Positions 5,044 through 6,866 of a DNA stretch of 6,866 nt are shown one piece after another; positions within the stretch are counted from its first letter, which is position 1; each line of letters begins with the position of its first letter. The position numbers and the translations under genes are program-made. The stretch comes from a virus (lineage: Duplodnaviria; Heunggongvirae; Uroviricota; Caudoviricetes), in the IMG/VR virus record IMGVR_UViG_3300049597_000266. The stretch is one strand, 5' to 3'. The notes under the pieces were generated by a model that ran no database searches, was not told the DNA's origin, and saw only the letters and a program-made list of their open reading frames with translations.

Positions 5044-6662
5044 GCACAAAATTTTATACCCTGCTGACGGATATTGGCGCGGCGAAACTTGCCAGCGCCG
5101 CCGCGCTCGGTGTGCCTTTAAAAATTACCCATATGGCGGTCGGCGATGGCGGCGGAGTATTGCCAACGCCGGATGCAAAGCAGACTGCACTGGTGAATGA
5201 GAAACGCCGGGCTGCGCTGAATATGCTCTATATCGACCCGCAGAACAGTAGCCAGATTATTGCTGAACAGGTAATCCCTGAAAATGAGGGCGGTTGGTGG
5301 ATACGTGAAGTGGGCCTGTTTGATGAGTCCGGGGCATTGATTGCCGTGGGAAACTGCCCGGAAAGCTATAAGCCGCAACTGGCTGAAGGCAGTGGGCGTA
5401 CCCAGACCGTGCGCATGGTGCTGATTACCAGCAGCACGGACAATATCACCCTGAAAATCGACCCTGCCGTCGTGCTGGCAACCCGCAAGTATGTGGATGA
5501 CAAGGTACTGGAGCTGAAGGTGTTCGTGGATGATAAGATGGCAAAACATCTTGCCGCACCGGACCCGCATTCACAGTATGCACCCAAAGAAAGCCCGACA
5601 TTGACCGGAACACCCAAAGCGCCAACGCCAGCGGAGGGGAATAACACCACGCAGATTGCGACCACCGCGTTTGTTCAGGCGGCACTGATGGCCCTTATTA
5701 ATGGTGCGCCAGCCACACTGGATACGATGAAAGAAATTGCCGCTGCCATTAATAATGACCCGAAATTCAGTACCACCATTAACAATGCGCTGGCACTGAA
5801 AGCGCCGCTGTTAAGTCCGGCATTCACCGGAACGCCAACAGCCCCCACTGCCGCACAGTCGGTTAACAATACACAGATTGCCACCACGGCTTTTGTGAAA
5901 TCGGCAATTGCGGCAATGGTGGGGTCTGCACCTGCTGCACTGGATACACTGAACGAACTGGCTGCGGCGCTGGGGAATGACCCGAACTTTGCCACGACAA
6001 TGCTTAATGCGCTGGCAGGTAAACAACCGTTGGACAATACGCTGACTAATTTGAGTGGAAAGGATGTAGCTGGTCTTCTCGCATACCTTGGTTTGGGAGA
6101 TGCATTAATTGGTGATGAATGTAAAATTGCAGGGTTTGACAGTAGTAACGTCAATGCCCCGTATATGCGATTCGCCAGAACAAATACAGTAGTTCGTCTG
6201 GCAACAAAAGACTATGCGCAACCAAAAGACCAGACACTGACAGATTTAAGCGGTAAGGATAAGGCTGAACTAAGAACTTATCTTGATCTGAAAAGTGCGG
6301 CTCAAAGGGATGTTGGCTCAGGGGCAAATCAGATTCCGGATATGAATGACTTCACATCCAGCCTGACCAGCCCTGGCTGGCAAAAATTACCGTCAGGTCT
6401 GATTATTCAGTGGGGGGCAGCCAATCCATCATCAACTGGAGAGATCTTTATTACGTTTCCTGTCGCGTTCTCTGCATACCCGATGTATGTGGGATTTGGT
6501 CCTCAGCAGGCATCGCTTCCTAACGTAGTTCAGTCGCCAGTAATTTCAGCGCCAACGATAACTAATTTAGGATGCGGCGTCCGAAATCTGATGATTCCAA
6601 CAGCGGGCGGAGCACCAGTAGCCAGCATGAGTTCATTTTTCTGGATTGCGGTAGGGAAATAA
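5040..6662 (+). CDS. H: Tail fibre protein H (P2 gpH-like N-terminus with a divergent C-terminal receptor-binding region)
   Basis: 540-aa ORF. N-terminus MSTKFYTLLTDIGAAKLASAAALGVPLKITHMAVGDGGGVLP...GGWWIREVGLFDESGALIAVGNCPESYKPQLAEGSGRTQTVRMVLITSS matches my recollection of the conserved baseplate-attachment domain of P2 gpH. The region SPAFTGTPTAPT...NTQIATTAFV...LDTLNELAAALGNDPNFATTMLNALAGKQP also matches P2 H. The C-terminal third (from about 6030) is divergent and lower in GC. Confidence 0.9.
   Translation: MSTKFYTLLTDIGAAKLASAAALGVPLKITHMAVGDGGGVLPTPDAKQTALVNEKRRAALNMLYIDPQNSSQIIAEQVIPENEGGWWIREVGLFDESGALIAVGNCPESYKPQLAEGSGRTQTVRMVLITSSTDNITLKIDPAVVLATRKYVDDKVLELKVFVDDKMAKHLAAPDPHSQYAPKESPTLTGTPKAPTPAEGNNTTQIATTAFVQAALMALINGAPATLDTMKEIAAAINNDPKFSTTINNALALKAPLLSPAFTGTPTAPTAAQSVNNTQIATTAFVKSAIAAMVGSAPAALDTLNELAAALGNDPNFATTMLNALAGKQPLDNTLTNLSGKDVAGLLAYLGLGDALIGDECKIAGFDSSNVNAPYMRFARTNTVVRLATKDYAQPKDQTLTDLSGKDKAELRTYLDLKSAAQRDVGSGANQIPDMNDFTSSLTSPGWQKLPSGLIIQWGAANPSSTGEIFITFPVAFSAYPMYVGFGPQQASLPNVVQSPVISAPTITNLGCGVRNLMIPTAGGAPVASMSSFFWIAVGK
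5592..6029 (+). repeat. Two tandem ~72-aa (216-nt) tail-fibre repeat units within H
   Basis: Residues 185-256 (SPTLTGTPKAPTPAEGNNTTQIATTAFVQAALMALINGAPATLDTMKEIAAAINNDPKFSTTINNALALKAP) and 259-330 (SPAFTGTPTAPTAAQSVNNTQIATTAFVKSAIAAMVGSAPAALDTLNELAAALGNDPNFATTMLNALAGKQP) align over their full length with about 60% identity; nt 5592-5807 and 5814-6029. Confidence 0.8.
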
Positions 6663-6663
6663 T

Positions 6664-6866
6664 ATGTACAAATACAGTGCTAAAAAAAATGCGTTTTATC
6701 TGGCTGGTAATGAGGCCGTATACCGCGATTCCGGCACATGGCCTGATGATGCAAAAGATATTGAAACCCGACGTGCCGAGTCGTTTATGGCGACACCTCC
6801 GCAGGGTAAGCGACGTATTGCAGGTGCAGACGGAATGCCTGCGTGGGCAGATATTCCTTCACCCAC
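6664..6866 (+). CDS. Partial CDS (3' end outside window), putative tail-fibre assembly chaperone (gene G position)
   Basis: ATG at 6664, 1 nt after the H stop; frame open to the window end (67 codons): MYKYSAKKNAFYLAGNEAVYRDSGTWPDDAKDIETRRAESFMATPPQGKRRIAGADGMPAWADIPSP. Position immediately downstream of the tail fibre gene and the N-terminal NAFY...Y...G.WPDDA pattern suggest a Tfa-type chaperone. Assignment is mainly by synteny. Confidence 0.5.
   Translation, partial: MYKYSAKKNAFYLAGNEAVYRDSGTWPDDAKDIETRRAESFMATPPQGKRRIAGADGMPAWADIPSP

Noticed and set aside
4547-6154. Minus-strand ORFs 4547-4855, 4750-5049, 5118-5570, 5366-5665, 5446-5685, 5675-6154 and 5811-6026 opposite I and H
   Set aside because: Antisense to well-supported structural genes; the 159-aa one (5675-6154) is Ala-rich because it mirrors the Ala/Thr-rich fibre repeats.
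1-6866. CRISPR arrays, tRNA or rRNA genes, and IS or transposon ends
   Set aside because: No spaced direct repeats, no cloverleaf-like or rRNA-like segments, and no terminal inverted repeats or transposase-like ORF were seen; the AT-rich island has no recognisable mobile-element ends.

Overview
This window is the late-gene region of a P2-like (Peduovirus-type) prophage from an enterobacterial host, read on the + strand. Gene order is: 3' end of an unidentified ORF, a C-terminal remnant of a GH24 (T4/P21-type) endolysin, the overlapped spanin pair LysB/LysC, tail completion genes R and S, baseplate genes V-W-J-I, tail fibre gene H, and the start of a G-like tail-fibre assembly gene. Identifications rest on my recollection of P2 proteins and on synteny; no database search was possible. 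The most notable feature is a roughly 0.9 kb AT-rich island (about 1795-2700) inserted between S and V. It carries one 268-aa ORF on the opposite strand that predicts a four-helix membrane protein with no family I recognise, making it the best candidate for an undescribed accessory (possibly anti-phage or exclusion) function. Two structural genes look damaged: the endolysin lacks its catalytic N-terminal part, and baseplate gene I is split by a frameshift near 4819-4840. The prophage may therefore be defective.
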